Part shown: piece by piece, positions 12,705 to 27,016 of the stretch | How positions within the stretch are numbered: position 1 is the first letter of the stretch | How the letters are laid out: the number at the start of each line of letters is the position of its first letter | Source: the human T2T-CHM13v2.0 reference genome, Homo sapiens | Assembly: GCF_009914755.1 (NCBI RefSeq) | Contig: NC_060928.1 | Reading direction: 5' to 3' (one strand) | DNA: 64,000 bases | Translations under genes and position numbers: made by a program | Notes under the pieces: model-generated | The model's database searches: none | Seen by the model: the letters and a program-made list of their open reading frames with translations, nothing else | Told to the model about the DNA's origin: nothing

Positions 12705-13201
12705 AGACATTGATTGTCCCAAGATTCCTTTACACTCTTAAAAATTATTGGGGACCCCTTAGAGTTTTTGCTTATGTGTGTTATATCCATTAATATTTGC
12801 CATATTATAAATTAAGTCTGAAAAAAAATTAAAATACTTAGGACTTTAAAAATAACAAAAGTAAATTAAACATTAACACAAATAATATACTTTTGATGAA
12901 AATAATATTTTCCAAAACAAAAAGTTATTAAAAGACTAACACTGCTTTACATTTTTGCAAATTTTTAAAATATCTGGCTTCATAGAAGACAGCTGGATTC
13001 TCATATCTGCTTCTGCATTCAAATTGCCACCGTATCACATCATGTAACCTTTAGAAAATTTCACTGTACCCTCAAGAGAATGAGAATGAATAAGGTAAGA
13101 AATGTATTAGTATTATTGTGAGAACAGTTTTAACCTCATAGACCCCCAAATGAATGTTGGGGACTTCCAGGGGTCCCCAGACCATACGTTCAGAACCACT
13201 G
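12705..13201 (+). mobile_element. hAT-Charlie DNA transposon (MER119-like)
   Basis: cctttacactcttaaaaattattggggacccc..catagaagacagctggattctcatatctgcttctgcattc..gggtccccagaccatac..agaaccactg. Confidence 0.8.
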
Positions 13202-13266
13202 TTCTAAAGAAATGATGTGGAAAATTAATCTATATTCATTCATTTGTAGCTGATAACAATTAACAG

Positions 13267-13559
13267 GTTCAAAGTTTTTGAGTAATGTACATTTTAACAA
13301 GGCTTAAATCTTCCTCCAAAGAATCAGTCTCTAATGGTAGCATTTCAATAACACAGAAGGTCTTTTGTCTGGCTGAGGGTCTCCTGTTGTGGTCCACTTC
13401 ATGGATGGGCAGCCCCACTGCCCTCTCAGCCTCCACTGAAGTCTGATCCTGGCTGGAGGAAGGCTGTAGCCACAAGACTGAACCCATCAGGGACAAGAAG
13501 ACAGCAGAGAATACCTGCAACCATATTCAGATCATCTAGGGCTTCTTCACTTGAAGAGA
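13267..13559 (+). pseudogene. Relic exon
   Basis: aattaacAG| then about 90 codons with two internal TGA: VQSF*VMYILTRLKSSSKESVSNGSISITQKVFCLAEG...TEV*SWLEEGCSHKTEPIRDKKTAENTCN. The donor is degraded or uncertain. Confidence 0.45.
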
Positions 13560-14056
13560 GTATAGCCTTCTTGTTTTATTAATAGAGAAGGGTCCAGAAA
13601 GTAATTAGCAAAGAACTTGAGATTACTAACTCTCATTACTTCTACTTAAAGCAATTAGTCTGGGGTCTTTATCATATTGTAAACTATGCTAAGAAACTAT
13701 TGTAACATGGAGGTAATACGCTTGTTTATTTTAATTAAATTATTGAAAATCAGAAATGATATCATACTAGACTTTCCTAGCAATATAGAGATTTCCCAGA
13801 ACTTTTAGCTGCATATTTTTTAGTAATTGCATTGTGCTAATCAACTAAAATGGCCCAGTATAAATGTTAATAAATAAACATAATCAAAATTACAATCCTA
13901 GACATACCCAGTTGCCAAGGACTTCAAGAAATCATTGAATCCATCCCTCTGCCTCCAGGCATGCTTTTTCTTCCAATCAATTCTTGACGGAAATAATGTC
14001 AGAAAATATGTTCTGCGTTGGGTCACTTTCTTCTATCTTTTATATATTTTTTTCAG

Positions 14057-14184
14057 ATACCTTAGTCTAAGAAAAAAATGACAAAGTTATTTTAGAAAAC
14101 ATCAAAGAAGACTGAGATATTGCAAAATTTGTTTGAAGAGAGATTTAAATTATCAAATGAACCATTTTTTTTTTGAGAAATGAG
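14057..14184 (+). pseudogene. Relic exon
   Basis: Strong acceptor tatttttttcAG| and donor GAG|GTATTG. Reads IP*SKKKMTKLF*KTSKKTEILQNLFEERFKLSNEPFFF. Confidence 0.45.
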
Positions 14185-14393
14185 GTATTGCATGCATATG
14201 TTTTGCCTAATATATACAAACCTACTAAGACTACACATTTTGATTATGTTTTCAGTTCTTGATTTCTGGGTTAGAGGATTTTATTTTTTATTTTGGTAAC
14301 ACCCAATTTTAATGAATGATTAATTGGGCATTTTTCACCTAGTTCCATGAGGAACTAAATATGTTTTGATGCATTTAAAAGTTTTAGGATTTG

Positions 14394-14680
14394 ATGGGTA
14401 CAAAAAATGGTTAGAAAAAATGAATAAGACCTACCGTTTGATAGCACAACAGGGTGATTATAGTCAATAATAACTTAATTGTACCTTTTAAAATAACTTC
14501 AAGAGTGTAATTGGATTGTTTGCAACTCAAAGGATAAATGCTTGAGGGGATGGATAAACCATTCTCCATGATGTACTTATTTCACATTTCATGCTTGTAT
14601 CCAAATATCTCAAGTACTCCATCAATATATACACCTACTATTACTCCCCAAAACATAAAAATTAAAAAACAACTTAATAT
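14394..14680 (+). mobile_element. L1MA1-3-like 3' end
   Basis: gggtacaaaaaatggttagaaaaaatgaataagacc..gatagcacaacagggtga. Degenerate TSD AAAAGTTTT(AG/GT)GATTTGA. Confidence 0.9.
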
Positions 14681-15474
14681 AAAAGTTTTGTGATTTGAAA
14701 AGCTATGTAGGCTATAACAGCTAGCTAATTCTTTTGGTGGGTATTAGAATAATCAAAGATTTGCACAACATTGAAGTATCTACGTTGTTACCTTCAGGAC
14801 TAAATGATTTATGAGAGAAAGTCAAATGACAACATGTCAGATGATGGCCTTCATTTCTGGCCCTATGGAATTTTCTAAAATGATAGTTCCTGCATTATCA
14901 AGGACTTTATATTATGGTGAGCTCTGGTTATAGAGAATAGAGGCATTTTGCTCATGAGAAAATGGCTTTTGAGTCAGAGCCTAAATGTATAGACTATGAA
15001 AGAAGGAATTAATCCCTAGGTCTCAGGCACATGGAGAGGTGGACTTTGCTTCCTTTTTCCCCCTACCACACACTGGGGCAAAGCAGGACTTCTGCAGTTC
15101 TGTTCCATAAATTGGATAGACATTTGCAGCCGGGCTTAGCCAGAACTGCCCTGAAAGCTAAGTCTAATACATACCAAACTCAAGTCTCATCTTTGATTGT
15201 CCCATTTGGCAAATAAATATGTGACCTGATCAGGAAAAACTATCTCTCTCCCCAACCCCAAATATCTCCTCCAGTGCCTGAACTTTTGTTCTAAAGAAGA
15301 TTCCTTTGGGACTGGATCTAAAGAAGAGAATTAACTCCTTAAGCCTTCCCCAGCTGATGTTTAGCTGAGACTGATACATATACAAAAAGCCCTTTGCAAA
15401 TGGGTCCTGGATTAGTCACTGGTGGCAGTTGGGAGTGTGGCAGATGGACTGAATTCAAAAACAAAGTTTGGAAA

Positions 15475-17130
<1,656 letters not shown>

Positions 17131-17309
17131 CAAAGGGAAGCAGACACCAAAAACAAACATTCTTTTTTATACTTTTGTTGAGATTTAGAGCTACTGTCTT
17201 TGGCTTAGGGAAAGCATTCCATTCACCCACTATGACTTCTTTCTTCAGCTTTAAAATTTGTTGGAAAGTCAGAAATGGTGCATCTGGAGCTCCTCTTCTC
17301 TCTGTCATT

Positions 17310-17625
17310 GGAAGCTTGGGCTGTTTGCAATTGTCCTGATTTTCCTTTTGAGTATATGGTAGGACTACACTTCCCATTGGAAGTTGGACACATTTACATA
17401 ATTTGCTATGGCCAAGGAAATGTGAGCAGAAATGACATTAATCACTTCCAGAAGAAAGTTTTAAGAGCCAGTGTATAATTCCCTGAATTCCCTTAGTGAT
17501 ATGAATGAACAGAGACACTCTTGTGACAACTAGTGTTGAAACAAATAACAAGTGGAAAATAAACTTTTGCTGTGTTACTGCAGAGGCTTGGGAATTATTG
17601 TGGCAGACTTGCCTCTTCTGACACA
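17310..17625 (+). mobile_element. MLT1J/K-like LTR
   Basis: ggtaggactacacttccc..ggccaaggaaatgtgagcagaaatgac..cacttccagaagaaagttttaagagccagtg..aataaacttttgctgtg. Confidence 0.75.
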
Positions 17626-17649
17626 AAAGTAAAGACGTATTGATATAAT

Positions 17650-19060
17650 CTTTCAAAAAGCAATTTGGCAAAGGGTACTGATATCCTCTGACACAAAAAT
17701 TCAACTTGTAGGAAAAGAAAATAATGAATATCATATAAAACTTCCAGCACAAAGATGTTCAACAAGGAATTATTCATAAAAAAGCAATAAGCACACACCA
17801 ACAACAATAAAACCACAAAAGTGGCACAGCATAGATGTTCAATTAAAAAGGATGTGTGAACAAAGTATAGTTCTATGGACTCTATAGTGTCATGTAGTCG
17901 TTAACATTATGTTAGAAAGTGTTTACAGTTTAATATTAAATTTAAAAATCAGGATGCAAAATTGTATATAGTGTAATTATGTAAACATAGGCATAAAATA
18001 CTAAATATACTACAAATGACACACAAAAAAAATGGAATGACAAGCAAAAGACTGGGAAAGATATCTGCAACATTTTAAAGAGTTTAATATTCAGGATTTA
18101 TAAAGAACTCATTAAAAGTAAGATAAACATCTAAAGTGAAAATGGTCAAAGGCTGTGAATACGCAATTGCAGAAAAAGAAATCCAAAGAATAAACATAAT
18201 GAAAAGATGTTCCTCTTCACTAGGAATTAGGTAAATTAAAATAAAAATGAGATACTCTGCAATAGATATTGAAAGAAGTTTAAAAGTCTTAAAATACCAA
18301 GGGTTGTCAAGAGGGTGAGAGAAAATGGGAACTCTCATAGGCTGCTGGTGACCTGAAAGAGCAAATTGGCAATAGCTAGTGCCTTGAAGATGCTCATGCC
18401 CTGAGACATAACAATTTCATCTCTAGAACATACCTTACAGAAACTCTGACACCTGCACAAAAGGATGCTTAGGACGGCATTGTCTGAATTACAAAACATT
18501 GGAAACAGCCTAAAAAACCAACAGTAAGAGAATGAATAAATGATAATAATAAAATTTAATATTACCAACAGTCTAAATGAATGAACTTGATTTATATATA
18601 TAAATATGAATGAATCTTGAAAAGATTGTTGAATAAACAGGACAATTTGCAAAATGAAAGTGTGTAAATTTATATACATTTAAATATACATGAACTATTG
18701 TTGTAGGTATACAATCAAAACAAGATAGGAAAGATGCATATCAATTTACATGAGTGAGTGTCATTAAAGAAGTTGCTTCTACTGTAGGTGTTTTATTTCT
18801 TTTTAAAAAATGGCAAATTGTTGAAATTTGTTAAAGATGGCTGGTGGATTCATGGGAGTTTATTATATCATTCTTGATGATATAATATTTTCTTGATGTT
18901 TGAAATATTTCATTATGATGATGGTAAAAATCTGGAAGGGAGTAAACTAGGTTTACAATGGTTGTCTCTTAAAATTATAGGCAAATTTTCTCTTTGTTAT
19001 ACTTTTCTGAAATTTCTGAAGTAGTCTCCATAAACATATTTATTTTATAATTAGAAAAAA
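17650..19060 (+). mobile_element. L1ME-like fragments (at least two)
   Basis: gactgggaaagatatctgcaa..aatattcaggatttataaagaactc..gggaactctcatag..gagcaaattggcaata..caatttcatctctag. Confidence 0.8.
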
Positions 19061-19431
19061 TCTAAATTAGTCTACCCTCTATCTCATACAGTTTTAATGG
19101 AAAGGGAACTACTGTAATTATTTTTGGCTTAACTTCTCTGTAGCAGATAGGGTACAGAATTGTGAAGAGTTGAAAGACAGCTGTTCTCCCTCCTCCTCTG
19201 CTTTAGATACAGAAAAGGAATTAACATAAAAATGGAAATACCTGTTTTCCTCTCTTTTAATATGAACAAGTCCTTTATCCAGGCCCCAGATGTCTACTTA
19301 GGAACTGTCTTCCCCCTGACTCCCCATTCACCTTCACTACAGTGAATTCTGAATTTTGCAACTAGAATCTCCCATCTGAGCTGTCTGGAAATTAGTCTTC
19401 ATTTTATACCAACACTACTTTTTTTTCTTAA

Positions 19432-19868
19432 ATATTGGTGGGACTTTTAATGAAAGAGAGAGCGAGCATGGACTTGAGAGAGAGCACATGCTCTTGAATG
19501 TGGAAGCAAAAGATGAGGTAGAGGCGGTGAGGATGGGGCAGCGTTAAAACATGATGGGTGCAGCAAACCACCATGGCGCGTATATACCTATGTAACAAAC
19601 CTGCACGTTCTGCACATGTATCCCAGAACTTAAAGTATAACAATAAAAAAAGAGAGAGATAAGCAGTCCTGACATTGGCCAACATGGAGCGATGTCTGCC
19701 TTTATCTGGAGTATGTCGGGGAGAACATGAGTGCAGTCTCGCACTGGGACAAGTTCCACAGTAGAGTTTCCCACTGGGGAAATCGCAGGGGCCAGCAAGT
19801 CTGGAGTGCGAGGGAGAAGACTAGTACTGGGAGAACCATCTTCTTGACGATGACATTCTTTCTGCCAA
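19432..19868 (+). pseudogene. Relic exon interrupted by a truncated L1PA
   Basis: Pyrimidine tract ending ttcttAA| (AG>AA). Reads (D)IGGTFNERESEHGLEREHMLLNVEAKDEVEAVRMGQR* [L1] ...AVLTLANMERCLPLSGVCRGEHECSLALGQVPQ*...EGED*YWENHLLDDDILSA. Donor CAA|GTAAGT. Confidence 0.55.
19552..19650 (+). mobile_element. L1PA7/8-like extreme 3' end (about 100 nt)
   Basis: tgatgggtgcagcaaaccaccatggc..tatacctatgtaacaaacctgcacgttctgcacatgtatcccagaacttaaagtataa. Confidence 0.95.
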
Positions 19869-20077
19869 GTAAGTGTCCAATCTACACTTTTGCTACCTTA
19901 CTCTTCAGTCGTGGGTACTGAGAGAGAATTCTATCACAGTGCCTGAATAGAATGGTGTGGTTAAGGACACAAAGTTGAAGTATGATTCTAAGCCTGTTCC
20001 ACAACTAACTAGTTAGGTAACCTTGGGCAAATTATTTCCCATTGTAAGCTTAAGAGGTTTCACGTGTAAAATGGGAT

Positions 20078-20930
20078 TGTGTTAGTCTTTTTGTCCATAA
20101 AACACAGAAAACAAAAATCAAACTGGCTTTTAAATATACACATGCACTAGGATTTTTTTTTTAACTTTAAGTTCTGGGATGCAGAACATGCAGGTTTGTT
20201 ACGTAGGTATACATGTGCCATGGTGGTTTGCTGCACCTGTCAACCCATCATCTAGGTTTTAAGCCTCACATGCATTCGGTATTTGTCCTAATGCTCTCCC
20301 TCCACTTGCCCCCCAACCTCTGACAGGCCTCAGTGTGTGATGTTCCCCTCCATGTGTCCATGTGTTCTCATTGTTCAACAACCACTTATGAGTGAGAACA
20401 AACACTTCTCAGAAGAAGACATTTATGTGGCCAACAAACATATAAAAAATGCACTACGATTTTTTAAGCCCCCATAACTGTAGGGCAGAGGTAGAAAGCT
20501 GAGGAACGCATTTCAGATCTGGCCAGTTTGAAGTTGTCAGACTTTGCCATTGGGAACTGTTTCTCCATGAGTTTTTCTTTCCTCCATGTGGCCACTTTCT
20601 CGTTAGGATGGCCCCAGGAGTGGCAAGATGATCACAACTGCAAGCTTCCATCCAAGCTTCAGCAAACTCCGTGGAAAGAAGTGCCTCTTTGCCAACAGTC
20701 CCAGCAAAAACCTCATCATGGCTTTCATTGCCTTTGATAGGTCCAACCTTTATCCCAGCCCAACCTTAAACAATTGCCATAGCCAGGAAGATGTATATTT
20801 TCCTTGGCAAGACTCGGGTTGTGTGCTTCCTCGTGCAGTTAGGAATGGGAACAATTCCACCCAACTATATAGACATACGCTTCTTGGAAGGTTCCAGGGA
20901 AAATGGATTCTGGGCAGGACCAAAGACAAA
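20078..20930 (-). mobile_element. MLT1K-like LTR, interrupted by an L1PA
   Basis: tgtgttagtc..acagaaaacaaaaatcaaactggcttt..gtggcaagatg..cccagcaaaaa..gccatagccagg..gattctgggcagg. Confidence 0.7.
20153..20448 (-). mobile_element. L1PA 3' end with 5' inversion (twin priming)
   Basis: Antisense 3' UTR 20153-20400 is joined to the sense ORF2 piece acacttctcagaagaagacatttatgtggccaacaaacatataaaaaa. TSD ATGCACTA(G/C)GATTTTTT at 20142 and 20449. Confidence 0.9.
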
Positions 20931-21164
20931 ATAAAACTAGTTTAGAGCTGTATACTACAGTGGATACAACATCTACTTTTTTCATGAGAATTAAATTAAA
21001 ATGTCAGAAGAGCATTTGGCACAGTACCTGGCACATGGAAGCATTTCGTCACACTAACTAGTACATTACTAAGTAAATCTTTGTGGAATGAATTTTGAAT
21101 GTTTGAAAAGCCTCAATAGTAACAATTCTAAGTGGATGCATTTCCCATTTTTAGTGAAAAACTT

Positions 21165-21295
21165 TAGAAGGGGGTGGCAACTCACAAGCCAACTCTAATT
21201 GGGGCTGTGTGGAGTGCTATGTTGAGGATTCTGAGGTTAAGTTTCAGCCCATCAGGAATTGGTGCCATGCTCAATTTGGAATGCCTATAGACTCT
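21165..21295. mobile_element. hAT MER102-like fragment
   Basis: gggggtggcaa..gttgaggattctgagg..cagccc..gtgccatg. Confidence 0.45.
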
Positions 21296-21403
21296 CGTTT
21301 CATATTTACAGTCTTTGTTCTAGACTAATAGTGAGTATATAAGGGTACTTAGAGAGCCTATCTGCTTAACTTTGGGCTGGGGAATTATTAACATATAAAA
21401 TTA

Positions 21404-21688
<285 letters not shown>

Positions 21689-21734
21689 TTACATATAGAG
21701 TTTCAATCCATAGAACAGCTAATGAAGACCACAT

Positions 21735-21850
21735 TATGTGTAGTTTGAGAAAGGAGAGGGCAGGCATATATCTTATTTACTCCTGTAGATTCAGTGCCTA
21801 GCACGTAGTAGAAGCTCAGTCAGTATTTTTTTGCATTGAAATGAAAATAA
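21735..21850 (+). mobile_element. L2 3' tail
   Basis: gagggcaggc..tcttatttact..cagtgcctagcacgtagtagaagctcag..ttgaaatgaa. Confidence 0.7.
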
Positions 21851-22404
21851 TTATGCTGAAATTCTTCCCATGGAACCCAGGGGATATTGGTAAAATTAAA
21901 CCATGTGAAACTTGAGTAGTGTTAATGTTTTGTTCATAAGTTTCATGAATTTTTGCATATATTTCATGGCATTTATATTAAATTCATTAATAAAATATTC
22001 CTCTGTGTGAACTCAATAAAACATTTTAAAATAACAATAAAAATGTCCTCCTGCCCTCTTATATATTTTCCAGTAATGTCACTGATTTCTTAGCTCTTTA
22101 AGACTTAATGAAAGAACTCTGCAGGGTGGCAAGTTAGTGACAGCAAATGTGGTCTGGCCAGTCAGACATGGAAAAGGTATGTGTGCCAAGGTCACACTGG
22201 TTACAGACAAAACTGCTCTTCTGACATCACTTCACATCTGAAATGATGCCACTTCACATGGTCAGGAAATACATGTATTTCTATCACACAGCATGGGGAA
22301 TGTGTGTTAGAAATGACTGCATTACCAGGCATAGAATAACTCAGGTATGGCTAACAGGAGGAATCAAGAACACTGGATATAGGGGCCACAAGAAAATAAC
22401 ACCC

Positions 22405-22645
22405 TCCATGGTGTAAAGAACATGAGTTTCAAAGACAGACAGACTTGAGTTCAAACCCCCATTCCACCAAGAATGTTGGTATGTTACTTTGTCTCTCTAA
22501 GCTTCAATTTCTTTACCTGTAAAACAAAGCTGAAAATGATATTGACCTCATACATTATTGTGATGGTAAACAAGATATTAATCATAAAGCTCTTAACATA
22601 TGGCAAGTGCTTAATAAATGATAGCTCTTATTATTGTTGTTGTTT
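22405..22645 (+). mobile_element. MIR
   Basis: agacagacagacttgagttcaaacccc..gttactttgtctctctaagcttcaatttctttacctgtaaaa..gtgcttaataaatgatagct. Confidence 0.85.
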
Positions 22646-23312
22646 GGATTTTAAGCCCAGCTCATAGGATGTTATTTGGTAAAACCATAAGATGAGTCAA
22701 AGCTTGAGATTTAATTAAATGTATGAACATACATGTGCACACACACATCTAACAGCATAATATGGTGGATTATCTATTGCTATATATCATTGCTGTCATA
22801 TTCCCTAACATCTCATGCCAAGAATTTCTTGATGTTTTACCCCCATTAATGCATGATATAAAAATAGTCCATTTCATTCTCTTTGGAGTGCTTTTTGAAG
22901 ATTCATTTTTTTTTCTTGGATGTCCTTAGGAATCCCTTTATATGGCACTGGGTCAGGATGGGGCAAAACTTTTACCACATAATAGTATTTTGTTGAAGGA
23001 GATAAAAACAGCTGGTCACACAACACAGACTGCTTTGTACAAACAATGTTACTAAACCCAAGAGATGTCAATACAATTAAAACATCCAAACCTGCTGTGT
23101 TCCCAGTTTTTCTCTCTTATGTATTAAGTATATCATGACATAGCATAAGGAGAATTTGTGCTCCTATTACCTGACTGCTGAGGTCATAAGCACATCTGGC
23201 CCATAGTCAGGAGCTGACTTAAAGAAAGATCCCTAATTCTGATTTTTAAAAATTCAAGAGTCACTAATCATTATCATGATAATAGGTAACTGACTAAATA
23301 CCCGTTAGGTAT

Positions 23313-23762
23313 TGTAGTAGCCTAAAATAATGGCCCCCAAAGATATCAGGTCTTAATCCCTGCAACCTGTAAATGTTAATTTATATGGAAAAAGCATCTT
23401 TGCAGATGTGGTTAAGGTAAGGCTCTTGGGATGGAGAAGTTATAGTAGATTACCCAGATGGGCCTAATGCAGTCACATGGGTGCTTATAAAAGAGAGGTG
23501 TGAGGAGATTAGAAAGAAGAGAAGGCAGCATGGTCGTGGAGACAGAGATCAGAGTGATGCCACCACAAGAAGCTGGGATAGAGAAGGGACTGATGGAGTG
23601 CAGCCTTGCCAACACCTTGATACTCATACTTGATACCCCAGTGATACTATTTTCAGATTGCTGGCTGCAGAAATTCTCAGAACTATGAGAAAATTATTTT
23701 CTGTTGTTTTAAGCCAATAAATTTGTGGTAATTTGTTACAGCAACCACAGAAAACTAATACA
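23313..23762 (+). mobile_element. MLT1C/D-like solo LTR
   Basis: TG...CA ends: tgtagtagcctaaaataatggcccccaaagatatc...tgtggtaatttgttacagcaaccacagaaaactaataca. TSD (G/T)GTAT. Confidence 0.92.
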
Positions 23763-23779
23763 TGTATCATGCCCTGTGC

Positions 23780-23782
<3 letters not shown>

Positions 23783-23816
<34 letters not shown>
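23783..23816. repeat. (GT)17 microsatellite
   Basis: Direct reading. Confidence 0.97.
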
Positions 23817-23818
<2 letters not shown>

Positions 23819-23857
23819 TCTCTGATCCTCACACTAATGCTAAGAACCAAGTATTGT

Positions 23858-24152
23858 TTGTTTGTTTGTTTGACACAGAATCTTACTCTGTAGTCCAGGC
23901 TGGAGTGCTGTGGAGTGATCTCTGCTCACTGCAACCTCCGCCTCCCCAGCTCAAGCGATTCTTGTGCCTCAGCCTCCTGAGTAGCTGGGATTACAGGTGT
24001 GCACCACCACACCCTGCTAGTTTTTATATTTTAATAGAGATGGGGTTTCACTATAATGGCCAGGCTGGTCTCAAACTCCTGGCCTCAAGTGATCCACCGG
24101 CCTCTGCCTCCCAAAGTACTGGGATTACAGGCATGAGCCACTGCACCCAGCC
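23858..24152 (-). mobile_element. AluS
   Basis: Full dimer with a (TTTG)n tail. TSD AAGTATTGT. Confidence 0.96.
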
Positions 24153-24369
24153 AAGTATTGTAGTTTTACAGAGGAAATTGAGGCTCAGAGAGGTTATATA
24201 AGTAAACTGAAGGCACACAGTAATTTTGTAGCAGAACTGGAGTTTGAATCCTGGTCTCTACTCCTTCCACTCCACCATGCCATTTCTCTCGTTCGTCATT
24301 CAGCACAATTTAAGCAAATTTGGATAAGCAACTGGGATAAACATGGGAGACTTGGGGTTTTATTTATAA

Positions 24370-25400
24370 AAGGAGTTTCAAAACACTTGGGTGTAGTAAA
24401 GAGTTGGACTGGTTTTGTAGTGTTGTTGCTATGGTTACCACCAGGGTACCACAGGCTTCAAATTCCTGTAGAAATACCTTGTATTTGGAGTTGGGCTTGG
24501 TTTTCCAGAGTGACGCCTCTCCAATGCTGAGTCCTAGGCCCTCCCCTGGTGGCAACCTCAGAGAATCTCTTCACATGCCTTTTTTCTTCTATCCTTCTCC
24601 CAGCAGTATTCTGCTGTTACTTGTAATTGGAAGCTTCTTCACTTAATGGTGTGGTGTGTTCACGTGGATGCATTCTCTAATTTGTAGTTGAGCCTTAGTA
24701 TTGACTGGGAGGAATGACCCTGGGTGTGGGGACTGCAGCCTTCTTGGTCTTGCTGCCTCTCCCTTGACTGCAGTTGTGGGCCTAATGCACAATCCAACTG
24801 CTTTCCAAAAAACCGTTTTTCATTTGTTTGGTTTTTAACCCTGATATCTTCCCTTGGCTGCAATGAGTTTTCACCAATACCCCTAAGGACTACAGTTCTT
24901 CGTTGCCCTTTATTCTAAAGAATAGGTTTTATTGAGTAGTGGAGAGGGAGGAAGGTCTGTGTGGGGTTTCTTTCCTTTCCTGCACAGCTACTCTCCCCAA
25001 CCCCCAGTCTGCACCACAAGGTCACTTCTCAGGGCTTTGTCCAGTCTTCTCTCTGAGTACTCACTGGGCTTCGTGGTGCAAGTATGCAAGAGGGCGTGGA
25101 CTCCAGCCTCCTCAGCCCCCAGTGGTTTCACATTGTCCTGCCAGCCCTCACTGAGCTTTCATGGATGTACAGCTGTTCTAGCTGAACTCTTCTTACCTTT
25201 GTATCTACTTGACTGGGCCCTCACATTTCTTCTTTCACCGCATGCCTCATGTTTCCAAAGATTTTGTACCAGTTGGCTGCTCTATGACCTCTTCTCTACA
25301 ATAGATTTAAAAGGTTGTGAGTTTAATGTTAGCCCAGCCAACTTCAAATTTCATTGTGAGAATTCGAGTGATGTTTCTTCCAGGTCTCTACAATCTGGGT
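24370..25400 (-). mobile_element. Old L1M 5'-end/UTR fragment
   Basis: ggctgctctatgacct..tctctacaatagatttaaaaggttgtga..gagtgatgtttcttccaggtctctaca resembles L1M4/L1ME 5' ends. Confidence 0.6.
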
Positions 25401-25449
25401 TGGAAGCTGGAAAAATGATAGAAATGTAAGGGCCTAAACATTCTTAAAG

Positions 25450-26890
25450 TGACTTCCAGAGTATTATAAAAGACTAAAGCCCACGCTTTTATAAGATTCC
25501 TATTTCCCAATCATATGAAATCAACAGAACAGCAATTAGTAAGCATGACTTCTTCACACTAAAGGACGAGCTCAACAGATGAGAAATTTTAACCAATTTC
25601 TAGAATTTGCAAAGTACATGATAGACTATATACGGATGACTCAAAGCAGAGAAAGTCCCTGTCTAATGGAGGATGCTGAAGACAAAGAAGCTGAGTTGCC
25701 TATGGCGCCAAAGGGACTCTGGACTTGGAAATAGCAGGCTTATTAAAGGGAAAGAGAAAGGTGGTGGCAGAAATCAGAAATACTAACTGGAAACTCGAAT
25801 GCCATTTACAAACAGTCTATTATGCATTCACACTTCCTACCCCTGCCTTCATTTAGAGATCATAGAGAAGCCAGGAATTTGCCTGTCACAAAAAGTGGTT
25901 CTTTTCTCTTATGTTATATAATCTTACTGGGAAGAGTGCACATTTAGCATGGGTGTTGCTAGCTTAAGAATAGCCTTCCTTCTTCTGGCATTTGGATGAA
26001 CCCTAACATAAGAGTTAGCTCCTTTCCTGCTCACTGTAAAGAAAAACCTCTGTATAACCAAGACTTTGTTATTATTATAAGACAAAAATGTAATTTAAAA
26101 ATAATAATTTAAAATAATTACTTGTTTACTTCTTACTGTGTGCCAGTACTTGTCTAAGGTAAGATTCCATCAAGAGATAAAACATTTATCAGACATTTGA
26201 AAAAGTCAGAAATTGAAGGTAAAGCACTAATATTAAAACAACAGAAAAGTTAACATAAAATAAGAAATAGGTATGTGAGGAGTAAGAAGTGAAATTTTTA
26301 AAATTGAAAGACTCCAAATACTAGAAAAAATTCAGAGATCTTGGATTCATAGGAAAACATTATATAGACATTGAATAATTTAAAAAGAAATGGCTTTGGA
26401 AATATTAAAACATGATTTCCCAAATTAAAATATAGTAATAGATTTGTTGGAAGACCAATTTAACAAAATATTCCAAGATATGTAAAAATAATAATAGTGG
26501 CTGAATGCCATGCCTCATGCCTGTAATCCCAGTACTTTGGGAGGCTGAGGCAAGTGGATCCCTTGAGCTCAAGAGTTCAAGAGCAGCCTGGGCAACATGG
26601 CTAAGCCCCATCTCTACAAAATATACAGAAATATGCTGGGGTGGTGGTGCATGCCTGTAGTCCCAGCTACTCAGGAGGCTGAGGTGGGAGGGTCTCTTGA
26701 GCTTTGGAGGTGGCGGCTGCAGTGAGCCGAGACCATACCACTACATTCTAGCCTGGGCAACAGAGCAAGATTCCATCTTTAAAAAAATTAAAATAAAATA
26801 ATCAAAATAGCACACTTTATACACTATATGTATGTAAAGAGAGATAATCAATTCAAGGGATTCGCAATAAAAACATCTGTAAACAATATT
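25450..26890 (+). mobile_element. HAL1-like LINE fragment, interrupted by an Alu
   Basis: atcagacatttgaaaaa..gctttggaaatattaaaacatgattt..aatagatttgttggaagac..aaatattccaaga. Confidence 0.6.
26499..26800 (+). mobile_element. AluJ
   Basis: cttgagctcaagagttcaagagcagcctgggcaacatgg; ggctgcagtgagccgag; A-rich tail. Confidence 0.95.
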
Positions 26891-26971
26891 TTCATATTTT
26901 CAAGTTGCTTGTTTTCTACTATGTGGCTCCCATTGACGTTTGCGTCTTTTCATTAAAGACGCTGCCACATT

Positions 26972-27016
26972 ACACACACACACACGCACACACATATACA
27001 CACACATACACACACA
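26972..27016. repeat. Imperfect (CA)n
   Basis: Direct reading. Confidence 0.9.

Larger units (their letters stand above)
19950..21070 (+). mobile_element. MIR (19950-20077 and 20965-21070) split by an MLT1
   Basis: ggttaaggac..accttgggcaaattattt..tgtaaaatgggat, then atgagaattaaattaaa..ggcacagtacctggcacat. Confidence 0.7.
23262..24290 (-). mobile_element. MIR split by an MLT1, a (GT)n run and an Alu
   Basis: Pieces at 23262-23312, 23763-23857 and 24153-24290 (ttttacagaggaaattgaggctcagagaggtta). Confidence 0.7.

Noticed and set aside
13269-13520. Minus-strand 83-aa ORF with a signal-peptide-like start
   Set aside because: It has a poor acceptor and no donor, and is best explained as the antisense shadow of the plus-strand relic frame. 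The same applies to the minus ORFs at 35205, 43229, 44415 and 54101.
24932-25429. 165-aa plus-strand ORF
   Set aside because: It lies in an antisense old-L1 5' region, has a non-ATG start and shows no protein similarity I recognise.
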